A stretch of 63,510 nucleotides of DNA, filler included, from Candidatus Rokuibacteriota bacterium (GTDB taxonomy: Bacteria; JAUVQV01; DATDCY01): NCBI GenBank assembly GCA_031406795.1. It is 7 parts of 7 records of this genome, joined end to end, with 100 filler letters (N's around TTAATTAATTAA, not from the genome) between each part and the next. Parts side by side here need not be neighbours in the genome. Positions count along the whole stretch, not along the records: positions 1 to 15,630 come from JANOHV010000004.1; positions 15,731 to 31,310 come from JANOHV010000054.1; 5 more parts are not named here. The stretch is one strand, 5' to 3'. Shown in pieces: positions 9,389-18,516 of the stretch. The first letter of the stretch is position 1; each line of letters begins with the position of its first letter. The notes below the pieces were generated by a model, which searched no databases, was not told where the DNA came from, and saw only the letters and a list, made by a program, of their open reading frames with translations. The translations under genes and the position numbers were made by a program.

Positions 9389-10374
9389 GCTCGCCCCCCG
9401 CGTCGGGACTCGCCGCCGCCGTGCGCCGCCGTGCGATTGGCGACAAAGTCCCGTACCGCCTCGTGGTAGTAGTCCTCCCTCCCGGCCGGTGAAGGGGCGC
9501 GGATGAGGTAGAGCCGGTGACCCTCCTCGATCTCCTTCTTCAACAGTTCGGAGAGGGTGCCTTCGCGGATCCCCTGCTCGACGAGTTCCTGGTTGTACAG
9601 GGCGATGTCGGAGATGATGATGCGCGCGTAGCGCCGCAGCCGCTCCTGCCGGCGATCCTGCCCCTGCGGCTCCGGGCCCCGGGATCCGTACAATTCCTCG
9701 CGAATCAAGGTCTCCTGCTCGCGCTCGTCGATGCTGCCGTGGCGTCCGCCGGCGGGCGGGGCCGGCGCCACGGGCGCAGAGGCGGCTGCCTCCCCGCCGG
9801 CGGGGAGCAGGCGCGCGATCTTGTCCGGAAGCCAGTCGCGGATGTGGTGTTTCTCAATGTAGTCATCGGCGCCGTAGAGGCTGGTCGGAGCCCGCTTATA
9901 GCGTGTCTGCTGGAAGACCGACGCGATCAGGATCAGTCCGGTGCCGCGCAGCATGCTGTCCGCGCGCACTCGGTCGCACAACTCGAAGGCCGGCACGCCG
10001 GGAAGGGCAACGTCGAGCAGCGCGACGTGGGGGCGCCAGGACCCGAGCGCGGTCCAGGCCTCCTCCCCGGTGCGGCTCTGCCGCAGCGAAAAACCCGCTG
10101 TGGTGAGCACCTCGCCGATCAGGGTCTGAAAATCGGCGCCGTCCGTTGCGACCAGAATGCGCCCGCGGGCGGACGCGGGCGAAACCGGGGTCGGCTCCGG
10201 AGCCGCAGCCCCGGCAGCCGAGGCTGCCACCGCAGCCGCCACCGAGAAGACCTCCCCGCACTTGCCGCAGCGCAGGCGCGGTCCCGGCGCCGGCGGCCCG
10301 GCGGCGACGCGATAGTAGCGCTGGCAGGCCGGACAGCGGATGATGCGCGTCTCGCGCCGCTCCTGGGGGCTCAC
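9385..10374 (-). CDS. MJ0042-type zinc-ribbon plus receiver domain protein with a helical C-terminal domain
   Basis: CPAC...CGKC; REC (LLDVALPG, GADDYIEK); C-terminal RYARIIISDIALYN. Confidence 0.8.
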   Translation of the reverse strand: MSPQERRETRIIRCPACQRYYRVAAGPPAPGPRLRCGKCGEVFSVAAAVAASAAGAAAPEPTPVSPASARGRILVATDGADFQTLIGEVLTTAGFSLRQSRTGEEAWTALGSWRPHVALLDVALPGVPAFELCDRVRADSMLRGTGLILIASVFQQTRYKRAPTSLYGADDYIEKHHIRDWLPDKIARLLPAGGEAAASAPVAPAPPAGGRHGSIDEREQETLIREELYGSRGPEPQGQDRRQERLRRYARIIISDIALYNQELVEQGIREGTLSELLKKEIEEGHRLYLIRAPSPAGREDYYHEAVRDFVANRTAAHGGGESRRGGRA

Positions 10375-10841
10375 GGCGCGGCCTCGATGACCCGGGGCAG
10401 ATTCAGCAGGATCACCAGGTGGTCGCGAAAGCGGGCGACCCCGCGCAGATACTCGGCCTCCACCTGGCCGATGGTCTGGGGCGGCGGCTCGATGGCCTCG
10501 ATCGGCAGGCGCATGACCTGCGTGATGCGGTCGACGATCAGACCGGCGAGCTCCTCGCCCCGGTAGACGACGACGATCCGCGTCTCCGGGCCGTATTCGG
10601 ACTGCGCCAGGCCGAGCCGGCTGCGCAGGTCGAAGATCGGCACGATCACCCCGCGCAGCGTGACGATCCCCTTCAGCCAGGGCGGCGAGCGCGGCACCAT
10701 GGTGATCGCGTGCAGGCGCACGATTTCTTTGACCTCGAGGATGTCCAGCGCGTACTGCTCGTCCGAGAGCATGAAACCGAGCATCTCGATCTGATCGTCG
10801 GCCCCCGGGGCGGACCCCGGCGCCGCGGTTGGCTCAACCAT
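10371..10841 (-). CDS. cheW: Chemotaxis adaptor CheW
   Basis: YALDILEVKEI, GIVTLRGVIVPIFDLR, GLIVD. Confidence 0.95.
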   Translation of the reverse strand: MVEPTAAPGSAPGADDQIEMLGFMLSDEQYALDILEVKEIVRLHAITMVPRSPPWLKGIVTLRGVIVPIFDLRSRLGLAQSEYGPETRIVVVYRGEELAGLIVDRITQVMRLPIEAIEPPPQTIGQVEAEYLRGVARFRDHLVILLNLPRVIEAAP

Positions 10842-12919
10842 TACCCCTCCCCGCGCTGACGGTGCGTCGCTTCATCGATCAGGGCACCGACGTCCAGGAC
10901 GAGGACCGCCCGCTTGTCGCCCAATTCGGTTGCGCCGGCGATGCCCGGCGTGTTCTGGAACACCGAGCCGACGGACTTGATGACCACTTCCTGCTGGCCG
11001 CGCAGGCTGTCGACGACCAGGCCGAGCCGTTTTTCGGCGAGGCCGACCACCACCACGAACATCTTCTGGTTCTCGCCGGCGCGGGGCAGGCCGAAAATAT
11101 CGGCGATCCTCAGCAGCGGCAGCGTGCTCTCGCGCAGCCGGGCGACCTCGCGCTTCTCGACCGTGCGGATCTGACTGGCCACGAGCCGATTGCTCTCGAG
11201 TATCGCGTTGAGCGGAATCGCGTAGATCTCCTTGCCGACGCCCACGAGCAGCGCCTGGATGATGGCCAGCGTGATCGGCAGCGTGATCGTGAACCGCGTG
11301 CCGACCCCGGGCTCGGTCTCGATGTCGATCATGCCGCCGAGCTTGGCGACGTTCGTCTTGACCACGTCCAGCCCGACGCCGCGCCCCGAGACCTGGCTGG
11401 CCGCATCCTTCGTCGAGAAGCTCGGCAGAAAGAGCAGATCGAGCAACTGCCGCTCGTCCGTCACGGCCTCCGCCTCGAGCAGCCCCTTGCGCACCGCGGT
11501 GGCGCGCACCCGCGCCAGGTCGATCCCGCCCCCGTCGTCCTCGATCTCGATGACGATGTGGTTGCCGCGCTGCTCGGCGCGCAGCTCGATCACCCCCTGG
11601 GCGGGCTTGTTGGCGCGCGCGCGCGCTTCGGGAAGCTCGATGCCGTGGTCGAGCGAGTTGCGCACCAGGTGCAGCAGCGGGTCGGCGAGGTCCTCGACCA
11701 TGAGCTTGTCCAGCTCGGTCTCTTCGCCCTGCATCCGCAAGTCGATCTTCTTGCCGAACTCCTGCGAGAGCTTGCGCACGACCCGGTTGAGCCGGGAGAA
11801 GACCTGCCCGATCGGCACCATCCGCGAATTGATCACCCCCTGCTGCAGCTGGCGCAGGTTGCGCTCGAGGTTGCGCGCCGCCTTCTGGAGGTCCCCGCCG
11901 ACCCCGGCGGAGCCGGTCTGGGCGATCAGGTCGCGGCTGATCTGGATGATCGTGGTCTTGTTGATGACCAGTTCGCCGACGATGTTCATCAGACTGTCGA
12001 GTTTGCGGATGTCCACGCGAACCGTGTCGGAGAGGGAGCGCAGCGTGAGCGAGGCTTCGGGGGACGACTCGGCGCCGGGGCCGGGGGCTGCCGGCGACGA
12101 CGCCGACGACGTCGACGAGGCCGCCGGCGCCGGGACGGGGCCGGGCGCCTCGGCGGCGGCGCCCCGCTGCCCGACCGCGTACACCGTGGTCGGAAAACCG
12201 GCGACGGCCGCTTCGACCTTCTCGCTGCCGGCGGTGCTGCCGAAGACCAGGTCGAAATTGATCGTGTCCGGCGAATTCGCGTCCGAGCTTGGCAGCGTGG
12301 AGATGATCTCCCCGATCGTCTTGAGCTTCTCGGAGATCGCGCCCAGATCCTTGTCGAAGGTCTCGAAGGTGAACCGGGCCTCCACGCGATAGAGCGCCCG
12401 GCCGGCGCGGATGTTCTCGAGCAACCGGTGCTCCTCGTACTCCGTGAGGGTGCCGATGATGCGGCGGTCCAGGTCGACGCACTCGATGGTGACCTCCTGG
12501 CGGCCGCCCGGCTTCTCCTCGAGCAGCTGCTGGATGCGCCGCGCGACCGGCCGGATGTCCGCGCCCTCCTCCGTGCCGGTGCGGCCGACCGCCCCGACGA
12601 TCTTCGTCAGCAGCTCCACGCCGGCGTAAAGCGCGTCCAGCGTCCCCTGGTGGAGCTTGATCTTGCCGAGACGCACCTTGTCCAACAGGTTTTCGAGACT
12701 GTGCGAAAGCTCGGAGATGCCCTTGAGACCGAGCATCCCGGAGAGCCCCTTGAGGGTGTGCATCGAACGGAAGACGTCGTTGATCGTGTCGGGCGAAACC
12801 GAGTCCTCCTCGGTCGCCCGCTCGAGCTGCACCAGCCGATCGCCCAGGGCTTCGAGCAGTTCCTCGGCCTCGATCACGAACTCGCCGAAGGAGGCCTGGT
12901 CGCGGTTCTCGGTGCTCAC
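10841..12919 (-). CDS. cheA: Chemotaxis histidine kinase CheA
   Basis: HPt FRSMHTLKG, HLVRNSLDHGIE, DDGGGI, SGRGVGLDVV, C-terminal CheW domain. Confidence 0.97.
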   Translation of the reverse strand: MSTENRDQASFGEFVIEAEELLEALGDRLVQLERATEEDSVSPDTINDVFRSMHTLKGLSGMLGLKGISELSHSLENLLDKVRLGKIKLHQGTLDALYAGVELLTKIVGAVGRTGTEEGADIRPVARRIQQLLEEKPGGRQEVTIECVDLDRRIIGTLTEYEEHRLLENIRAGRALYRVEARFTFETFDKDLGAISEKLKTIGEIISTLPSSDANSPDTINFDLVFGSTAGSEKVEAAVAGFPTTVYAVGQRGAAAEAPGPVPAPAASSTSSASSPAAPGPGAESSPEASLTLRSLSDTVRVDIRKLDSLMNIVGELVINKTTIIQISRDLIAQTGSAGVGGDLQKAARNLERNLRQLQQGVINSRMVPIGQVFSRLNRVVRKLSQEFGKKIDLRMQGEETELDKLMVEDLADPLLHLVRNSLDHGIELPEARARANKPAQGVIELRAEQRGNHIVIEIEDDGGGIDLARVRATAVRKGLLEAEAVTDERQLLDLLFLPSFSTKDAASQVSGRGVGLDVVKTNVAKLGGMIDIETEPGVGTRFTITLPITLAIIQALLVGVGKEIYAIPLNAILESNRLVASQIRTVEKREVARLRESTLPLLRIADIFGLPRAGENQKMFVVVVGLAEKRLGLVVDSLRGQQEVVIKSVGSVFQNTPGIAGATELGDKRAVLVLDVGALIDEATHRQRGEG

Positions 12920-13308
12920 GCCCCCTCACCCCGCAACTCCCGGCCGAGCGCCGCTTCGACGGCGCGGCGCAGCTCGGCGGCCCCGAACGGTTTGACGAGA
13001 TAGTCGCTCGCCCCCAGGTCGAGCCCCCGCTTGCGGTCTTCGGCGCTGTTCTCGGTAGTGATGATGACCACGGGGATCTGCCGGTAATTCGGGTTCGCGC
13101 GCACGAAGGAGATCAACTCCAGCCCGTTGATGTCGGGCATGTTGATGTCGGTCACGATCAGGTTCACGCGCCGGGCCGGAAGCACCCGCAGCGCCTCGAA
13201 GCCGCTGGCGGCTTCCACGACCTCGACACCCTCCCAGTCGGTCAGGTAGGAGGCGACCAGCGACCGCGTGGTCGCCGAATCGTCCACCACCAGAATCGTC
13301 GCATTCAT
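12916..13308 (-). CDS. cheY: Single-domain response regulator, CheY-like
   Basis: VVDDS, VTDINMP, ITTE, LVKP. Confidence 0.9.
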   Translation of the reverse strand: MNATILVVDDSATTRSLVASYLTDWEGVEVVEAASGFEALRVLPARRVNLIVTDINMPDINGLELISFVRANPNYRQIPVVIITTENSAEDRKRGLDLGASDYLVKPFGAAELRRAVEAALGRELRGEGA

Positions 13309-15137
13309 CCAGTCACTCCCCCCACGTGCTGTTCGCGCCGGCCGACGGGCGCTGACGCGGCTGCGTCGGCCTCGTGAAGCCTCTTCTCCAGAAGCACTTT
13401 TTCGAGCGTGAGCCCGGCCTGCAGGAGAAAGAGTTCAAGCGCCCGCGTGCCGGCGACGGTCCGCTGCTCGGGGAGGTTGTCCCCGTAAAGAACGACGCGC
13501 ACCTTGCCGCCGGAGACCAGCGGCAACGCCACGGCGTCCGCGGGAGTCTTCCCGCCCAGCTGGTCCAGCAGCGCCTGGTTCCAGGCTCCGGGCGCAAGCG
13601 GACCCGACACCGAGGCGCGCAGACGAACCACCGACTCGAGGATCGAGGGTTCCTCGAGGGGGACGGCGAACCCGCGGATGCCCCGGCGGTCGGGCCCACC
13701 CGCGACTTCCACGCCGAAGCCGCCGAGTCCGACGGCCTTGCCCCCCTTCACGACGAAGAGCACGGCCCGGTTGAGGAGTTCGGCGGCAAAACGCAGGATC
13801 AGCAAGCCGATCTCGCTGGTGGCCCGGGGATTCTGCAGTTCCTCGATCATCTCGCGCAGCAGCGCCATCTCCCCCGGCGCGAGGTCGGCGCCGGCCACGG
13901 CGCTTTCCTGCCGGGCGAGGGCGGCGCAGGTCGCCGCGTGCGCCGCCAGCGCCCGCTCACGGTCGCTGCGGGCGGGCGCGCCGGCCGCGGCCGTCGCCGC
14001 TGCAGCGACGGGGGGCTTCGACGGCGCGGCGGCAGCCGGAGTCGGGACCGGAGTCCGCTCCGCGGGGGGCGGAGCGGGGAGCGGGGGCGCGGCAAGCTGC
14101 GAAGGCGCAGCCGACGACGCCACCTTCCCGGGCGGGACTCCTTCGCCGAGGAGGCTCGCCAGGTTCTCGAAGAACGTCTCGGTGCCCCCGCCACCGCCCG
14201 GTTTGAGCAGGAACTGTCCGCCCATTTCGAGCACCTGCGCCTTGACGTTTTCGTCCGGGTAGGCGGTCACGGCGACCACCTGAACCTCCGGGTGCGCCCG
14301 GCGCAACTTTTCCAGCAGTTCCAGGCCGCCGAGGAAGCCCTGGTTGTCGAGGGTCGGCATCACGATGTCGGCCGCGACCGCCGGCGGCACCCCGCTGCCG
14401 GCCTCCCGGTCGACTGCGGCGAGGCAGGCTGCCCCGGACTCGCAAATCACGACGCGGAACCCGATCCGCCCCAGGTAATCGCGGGCCATGCCCCGGAAGA
14501 GCGGGTCGTCGTCGACGAGGATCAGCGCCCGCCCGCCGCCGGCCTCCTCCTCGATGCCCGCGAAGGAGGTCTCGCCGGCCGCAGCGGCCGGAGCCTCGCT
14601 GGGCGCCGGGGCGGCCACCCGCTCCCGCGAACGCTCGTCCATCATCCGGGTCCCCTCGAGCACCAGCCACTGGGTGTCGATGCCGCGCTCCAGGATGAAG
14701 GCCTGCGGGTCGACACTGAACTCGCCGCGCCCCTTGATCTCGGCCAACTCGAAGCTGAACGTCCCCTCGCGCCAGGAGAGAAAGAAGACGATGGCGTCCT
14801 CGATCTGCTCCGTGACCACTTTCTCGAGCGCCGGCTCGTCGATCAGCTTCAGCTGGATGAGGATGGCGCCGAGCAGTTCCCGAGCACCGCCGGCGCGCTG
14901 GATCTCGAGCGCCTTCTTCAGGTCGTCGGGGCGCAGCAACCCGCGGGCGGTGAGCAGTTCGCCGAGGGACTTGCCCTGGCGCGGCGAAATGGTCTGGATG
15001 ACCTTGCCCTGCCGGATGATGATCTTGCCCTGCTGCCCTTCGCGCTCGAGCATCAGAATGCCGGACTTGCGGCTCAGGGAAACGATCTGCAGGATGTCGG
15101 GAAGCGAAAGATCCTCAAGGTTGCCGACCAGGCTCAT
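13305..15137 (-). CDS. DUF4388 plus receiver plus GAF-like domain protein
   Basis: LVGNLEDLSLPDILQIV...WREGTFSF (DUF4388/PatA-N-like); central REC (VDDD, DIVMP); Pro/Ala linker; GAF-like C-terminus (LYGD). Confidence 0.8.
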   Translation of the reverse strand: MSLVGNLEDLSLPDILQIVSLSRKSGILMLEREGQQGKIIIRQGKVIQTISPRQGKSLGELLTARGLLRPDDLKKALEIQRAGGARELLGAILIQLKLIDEPALEKVVTEQIEDAIVFFLSWREGTFSFELAEIKGRGEFSVDPQAFILERGIDTQWLVLEGTRMMDERSRERVAAPAPSEAPAAAAGETSFAGIEEEAGGGRALILVDDDPLFRGMARDYLGRIGFRVVICESGAACLAAVDREAGSGVPPAVAADIVMPTLDNQGFLGGLELLEKLRRAHPEVQVVAVTAYPDENVKAQVLEMGGQFLLKPGGGGGTETFFENLASLLGEGVPPGKVASSAAPSQLAAPPLPAPPPAERTPVPTPAAAAPSKPPVAAAATAAAGAPARSDRERALAAHAATCAALARQESAVAGADLAPGEMALLREMIEELQNPRATSEIGLLILRFAAELLNRAVLFVVKGGKAVGLGGFGVEVAGGPDRRGIRGFAVPLEEPSILESVVRLRASVSGPLAPGAWNQALLDQLGGKTPADAVALPLVSGGKVRVVLYGDNLPEQRTVAGTRALELFLLQAGLTLEKVLLEKRLHEADAAASAPVGRREQHVGGVTG

Positions 15138-15199
15138 GAAAAGTTCAACCCCCGAGCAAGCGCCTTCCCGTCACCCTGCAGTCCAAGCCGCAGTCTGAT

Positions 15200-15229
15200 G
15201 TTATAGCACTTCCCTCGCGAGGTTGTAAA
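15200..15229 (-). promoter_or_regulatory. Putative sigma70 promoter of the che operon
   Basis: TTTACA-N18-TATAAC with TG extended -10. Confidence 0.5.
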
Positions 15230-15246
15230 CGACGGGAGGCAGAAGC

Positions 15247-15281
15247 AAAAAGGCCCCGGGAGGGCGAACCCTCCCGGGGCC
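15247..15281 (-). terminator. Rho-independent terminator of the porin gene
   Basis: Perfect 13-bp GC stem, TTCG loop, T5 tail on the minus strand. Confidence 0.9.
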
Positions 15282-15301
15282 GGCGCTTGTGGCGCTTGAA
15301 G

Positions 15302-15630
15302 CTAGAACTTCACGTTCAGGCTGCCCATGACACCCAGGGGGTTGTCAACGTTGCCGAAGAAGTCCCCGGCCATCAGGTAGCCCGCGCCGCCCAGGAAGTA
15401 GACGTTGTCGGTGATGTTGTACACCGCGACCACGTCGACTTCGATGCCCAGCGGATCCGCCTTGATGGTGGCCGTGCCGACCTTGACATCCTCAAGCGCC
15501 TGCGCGTACACGCCGGCGAGAATGAGGGTGAAGCTCTTGGTCGGCTTGATCGTGAAGGCGGCCTTGCCGGCGAGCGCGTTGGTCACGCTGAAGTCCCGGC
15601 TGAAGTCGCTGGTGACCGCGTTGCCGCTCG
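15302..15630 (-). CDS. C-terminal fragment of an outer-membrane beta-barrel/porin (cut by contig end)
   Basis: Amphipathic strands (LGIEVDVVAVYNI, GAGYL) ending in terminal Phe (LNVKF). Confidence 0.7.
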
Positions 15631-15730
15631 NNNNNNNNNNNNNNNNNNNNNNNNNNNNNNNNNNNNNNNNNNNNTTAATTAATTAANNNNNNNNNNNNNN
15701 NNNNNNNNNNNNNNNNNNNNNNNNNNNNNN
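15631..15730. other. Artificial contig linker
   Basis: N44-TTAATTAATTAA-N44 (stops in all six frames). Confidence 0.99.
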
Positions 15731-15805
15731 CTCCCCTCCGCGCCACCCCTACGCCATAACCGTCATCGCCCCCGCATCGGCGAGCACGGGAAACGTGCCC
15801 CGGAA

Positions 15806-16870
15806 TCACGATCGGTCCCGATAGGCCAGCGCGGTGCCGAGGACCAGGACGAGGCCGATCAGCGTCGCCAGCTTGCCGGCAGGCGTGGCCCCGGCGATCG
15901 TGCTGCGCAGCCCCCAGGACTGCACCAGCCCGCCGGCGACCAGCATCCCGAGCACCGCGGCGCCGGCGTCGGTGTCGCCTTCGCCGGCCATCACCAGCTG
16001 GCGGAACGGGCAGCCGCCGATCAGAACGGCGGCTAGTCCGACGAGAAACATCCCGCCCGCAGCCCAACCGAAATCCAGATGCGAGCCCGGCTGATCGTAG
16101 AGCCCGGGATGGAAGAGGCCGCCGGCGACGTTGACGGCGAGCGCGGCGACGAACAGCAACCCGAGCCCGCCGAGCTGGCGCGCGCTGCGCGTCAGGAAGA
16201 AGTTCCGCAGCGCCCCGCTGACGCAGAACTTCGAGCGCTGGGCGAGAGCGCCGACGGCCAGGCCGATCGCCAGCGAGGCGAGCGGCGGGGCGTGCTCGCG
16301 CGCGGCGCCGACCAGACCGCCGGTGAATGCCGCGGGGGCGAGGACGGAAGCCACGGCCAGCAGCGCCATCGCCGCCGGCAGGACCCACCCGGCGAGAGCC
16401 CCGGTGCGCGCCGATTTTCCGAGAAAGAACCCCTTCTTCAGGAAGCTCACGCCGACCCAGGCGCCGGCTACGAGCCCGCCGAGCCCGGCGAACGCCGTCA
16501 GATCGCCGCCGGCGAGGCGCAGCATCACCTTGATCGGGCAGCCGAGGAAGACCGCCGAACCGATGATCAGAAAGGCGCCGAGAAAGAAACGCACCAGCGG
16601 CGCGGAACCGCTGCGGGACTGGAACCCCCGCCCCGCGAGCGCGGCGAGGGTGGCGCCGACGAGGAAGCCGGGCAACTCCGGCCGCAGGTAGGACATCCGC
16701 GGGTCGCCGTGCAGCCGCAGCGCTCCGGCCACATTCTCGGCGAAGCAGGAGGCGCAGATGCCGGAGTTGCGCGGATTGCCGAGCAGCACGAGGCCGGCGC
16801 CGGCCAGGCCGACCGCCACGCCGGAGACCAGATCAAGGTGGTTCTTCAGCCAGGACAGGAGCGCCTTCAC
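15806..16870 (-). CDS. yedE: YeeE/YedE family membrane protein, putative selenium-metabolism subtype
   Basis: GNPRNSGICASCF, YLRPE, FLGCP, QRSKFC and GGCPFRQ motifs; about 10 TM helices. Confidence 0.85.
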   Translation of the reverse strand: MKALLSWLKNHLDLVSGVAVGLAGAGLVLLGNPRNSGICASCFAENVAGALRLHGDPRMSYLRPELPGFLVGATLAALAGRGFQSRSGSAPLVRFFLGAFLIIGSAVFLGCPIKVMLRLAGGDLTAFAGLGGLVAGAWVGVSFLKKGFFLGKSARTGALAGWVLPAAMALLAVASVLAPAAFTGGLVGAAREHAPPLASLAIGLAVGALAQRSKFCVSGALRNFFLTRSARQLGGLGLLFVAALAVNVAGGLFHPGLYDQPGSHLDFGWAAGGMFLVGLAAVLIGGCPFRQLVMAGEGDTDAGAAVLGMLVAGGLVQSWGLRSTIAGATPAGKLATLIGLVLVLGTALAYRDRS

Positions 16871-16880
16871 GATGCGACGC

Positions 16881-17402
16881 TCAGGAGCAGCCGCCCGCCA
16901 GGGCGCGCTCCAGATAGCGCAGATCGCCGAGGGCCGCGCCTTCGAGGGCCGGCCGCACTTCGCGCAGCCAGGGAGCCAGCCCGGCGCCGACGAACCGTGG
17001 GGAATGCCGGTCCGCGTACTCCCGCAGAAGCTCGAAGGCACGGCGGTACTCGCGCAGCGCCGGCGCGGTGGCGCCACCCTCGCGATAGACCTCCGCGAGC
17101 AGCAGATGCAGCTGGGAGTTGCCCTCGAGCCCCGGAAGCGCCGCTTCCGCCTCGCGGCGTGCCACCTCGCGTTCCCCGCGAGCGGCGGCCTCGAGGGCCG
17201 GCCGGATCTGGTCGCACTCCGCGGCCACGCGCCGTTCGGTGCGGGCGCGCAAGTCGGACAGCAGTTCATCGGTGCCGCTTCCGGCCGCGGCGCCGAGTCG
17301 GACGGCAGAGAAGACCGCGGCCAGAGCAAGGAGAACGAGCACGGCCGCGACGGCGCGTTCGAGCCGGTCCAGACCTGGTGCAGCCGTTCCCCCGTCACGC
17401 AT
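16881..17402 (-). CDS. Membrane-anchored TPR-like protein ending in AGGCS
   Basis: N-terminal TM; TPR-like HLLLAEVYREGG...ALREYRRA; C-terminal GGC. Confidence 0.65.
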   Translation of the reverse strand: MRDGGTAAPGLDRLERAVAAVLVLLALAAVFSAVRLGAAAGSGTDELLSDLRARTERRVAAECDQIRPALEAAARGEREVARREAEAALPGLEGNSQLHLLLAEVYREGGATAPALREYRRAFELLREYADRHSPRFVGAGLAPWLREVRPALEGAALGDLRYLERALAGGCS

Positions 17403-17421
17403 CGTCAACCCTCCGCCCCCG

Positions 17422-18345
17422 TCAATACTTGTCGTACGGCGGGAGGTTACAGCGCTTGGCCATCGTCCGGACGAAATCGAACTCTTTCTCTTCCAGCGGG
17501 ACGAAGCCCTCGACCAGGGCGCTCTTGAGCACCTTGAGCACCTCGCCGTCGACCGTGGCGACCGTTTCGGCGTTCACCGCGAAGAGCGTTCTGCGGATCT
17601 GCTGAAAAGTCGATTCCGGCAGATTCGCTGCGGCCGAGAAGACACAATAGGGCACGAGCGGCGCGCGCGCGATGACCTGGTAGTCCGCGGGGAGAAGCTT
17701 GCCCTCGGCCTCCATCACCTCCAGGTCGAGGGCCGGGCCGGTGCCGGCGTCGAAGGCGCCGTTGACGACCGCGAAGATCGCCTTCTCGTGCTTGTAGGAC
17801 CCCGAGGGGAAGGCGTAGTACCCGAGGTCCTTCTCGGGGTCGATTCCGGCTTCGAGCAGCAGCCAGTACGGCGAGAGGTAGGCGGTCGGAGCGAAGGCCG
17901 GGCCGAAGACGAAGCGCTTGCCCTTGAGGTCGGCGAGGGTCTTCACCCCGCTGTCCCTCCCGGTGATGATGCCGCCCGAGGAGTACGCGCCGTCCTTGCC
18001 GCGGACCTCGCCCGCGAGGACGCGAAATCCGTATGCCTCGCGGAACCAGACATACAGGTAACTGTTGGTGTGAATCAGATCGAACCGGCCCGCGCGGAGC
18101 GCCTCGTCGAAGTCCGCGGTGTCGAGCCAGACCGGCTCGACACGCCGTCCGAGCTGCTCGGCCAGATGCGCCGCCAGCGGAGCGAAGCGGGCCTGCGTTT
18201 CGGAGATGCTGTTGCAGATCATGAACCCGACCCGCAACGGCTTCTCGTCGCCTGAACCGCGACAGCCGGCGAGCGCCAGCAAAACACTCACGCACAATGC
18301 GGCTAAACGCACTTCGCGACGGCGTTTCCCGGTCTCACGTCCCAT
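17422..18345 (-). CDS. PhnD/phosphonate-type substrate-binding lipoprotein, not within an ABC operon
   Basis: Lipobox LAGC; DSGVKTLADLKGKRFVFG; AVVNGAFDAG; Cys in MICNS and VPYC. Confidence 0.85.
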   Translation of the reverse strand: MGRETGKRRREVRLAALCVSVLLALAGCRGSGDEKPLRVGFMICNSISETQARFAPLAAHLAEQLGRRVEPVWLDTADFDEALRAGRFDLIHTNSYLYVWFREAYGFRVLAGEVRGKDGAYSSGGIITGRDSGVKTLADLKGKRFVFGPAFAPTAYLSPYWLLLEAGIDPEKDLGYYAFPSGSYKHEKAIFAVVNGAFDAGTGPALDLEVMEAEGKLLPADYQVIARAPLVPYCVFSAAANLPESTFQQIRRTLFAVNAETVATVDGEVLKVLKSALVEGFVPLEEKEFDFVRTMAKRCNLPPYDKY

Positions 18346-18385
18346 CAACGCGCACCCCTTGCATTCTTCTCATCTCTAATTGGAT

Positions 18386-18512
18386 GTGAAGGTCGTGGAA
18401 AGGGTCCAGGTGCAAGGCGCACAAGTCCCGAAAAGTGAGGCGTGCTCGTGCACGCCGCAGCGACTCGGGACGCAGTGCAACGCCGCAGATGGGCCCTTTA
18501 CGCGGCCTTCAC
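18386..18512 (+). repeat. Structured intergenic element, copy 1 of 3
   Basis: 23-bp terminal stem (3 G-U, 1 G-A); motifs CCAGGTGCAAGGCGC, GTGAGGCGTGC, CGCCGCAG, CAACGCCGCAGATGGG. Confidence 0.85.
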
Positions 18513-18516
18513 GCAC

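Noticed and set aside
16881-16895. Selenocysteine read-through at GGCS-TGA next to the Se-type yedE
   Set aside because: The TGA does not sit in a clear Cys-equivalent motif, I see no convincing SECIS hairpin, and yedE starts 10 nt later; an ordinary stop is more parsimonious.
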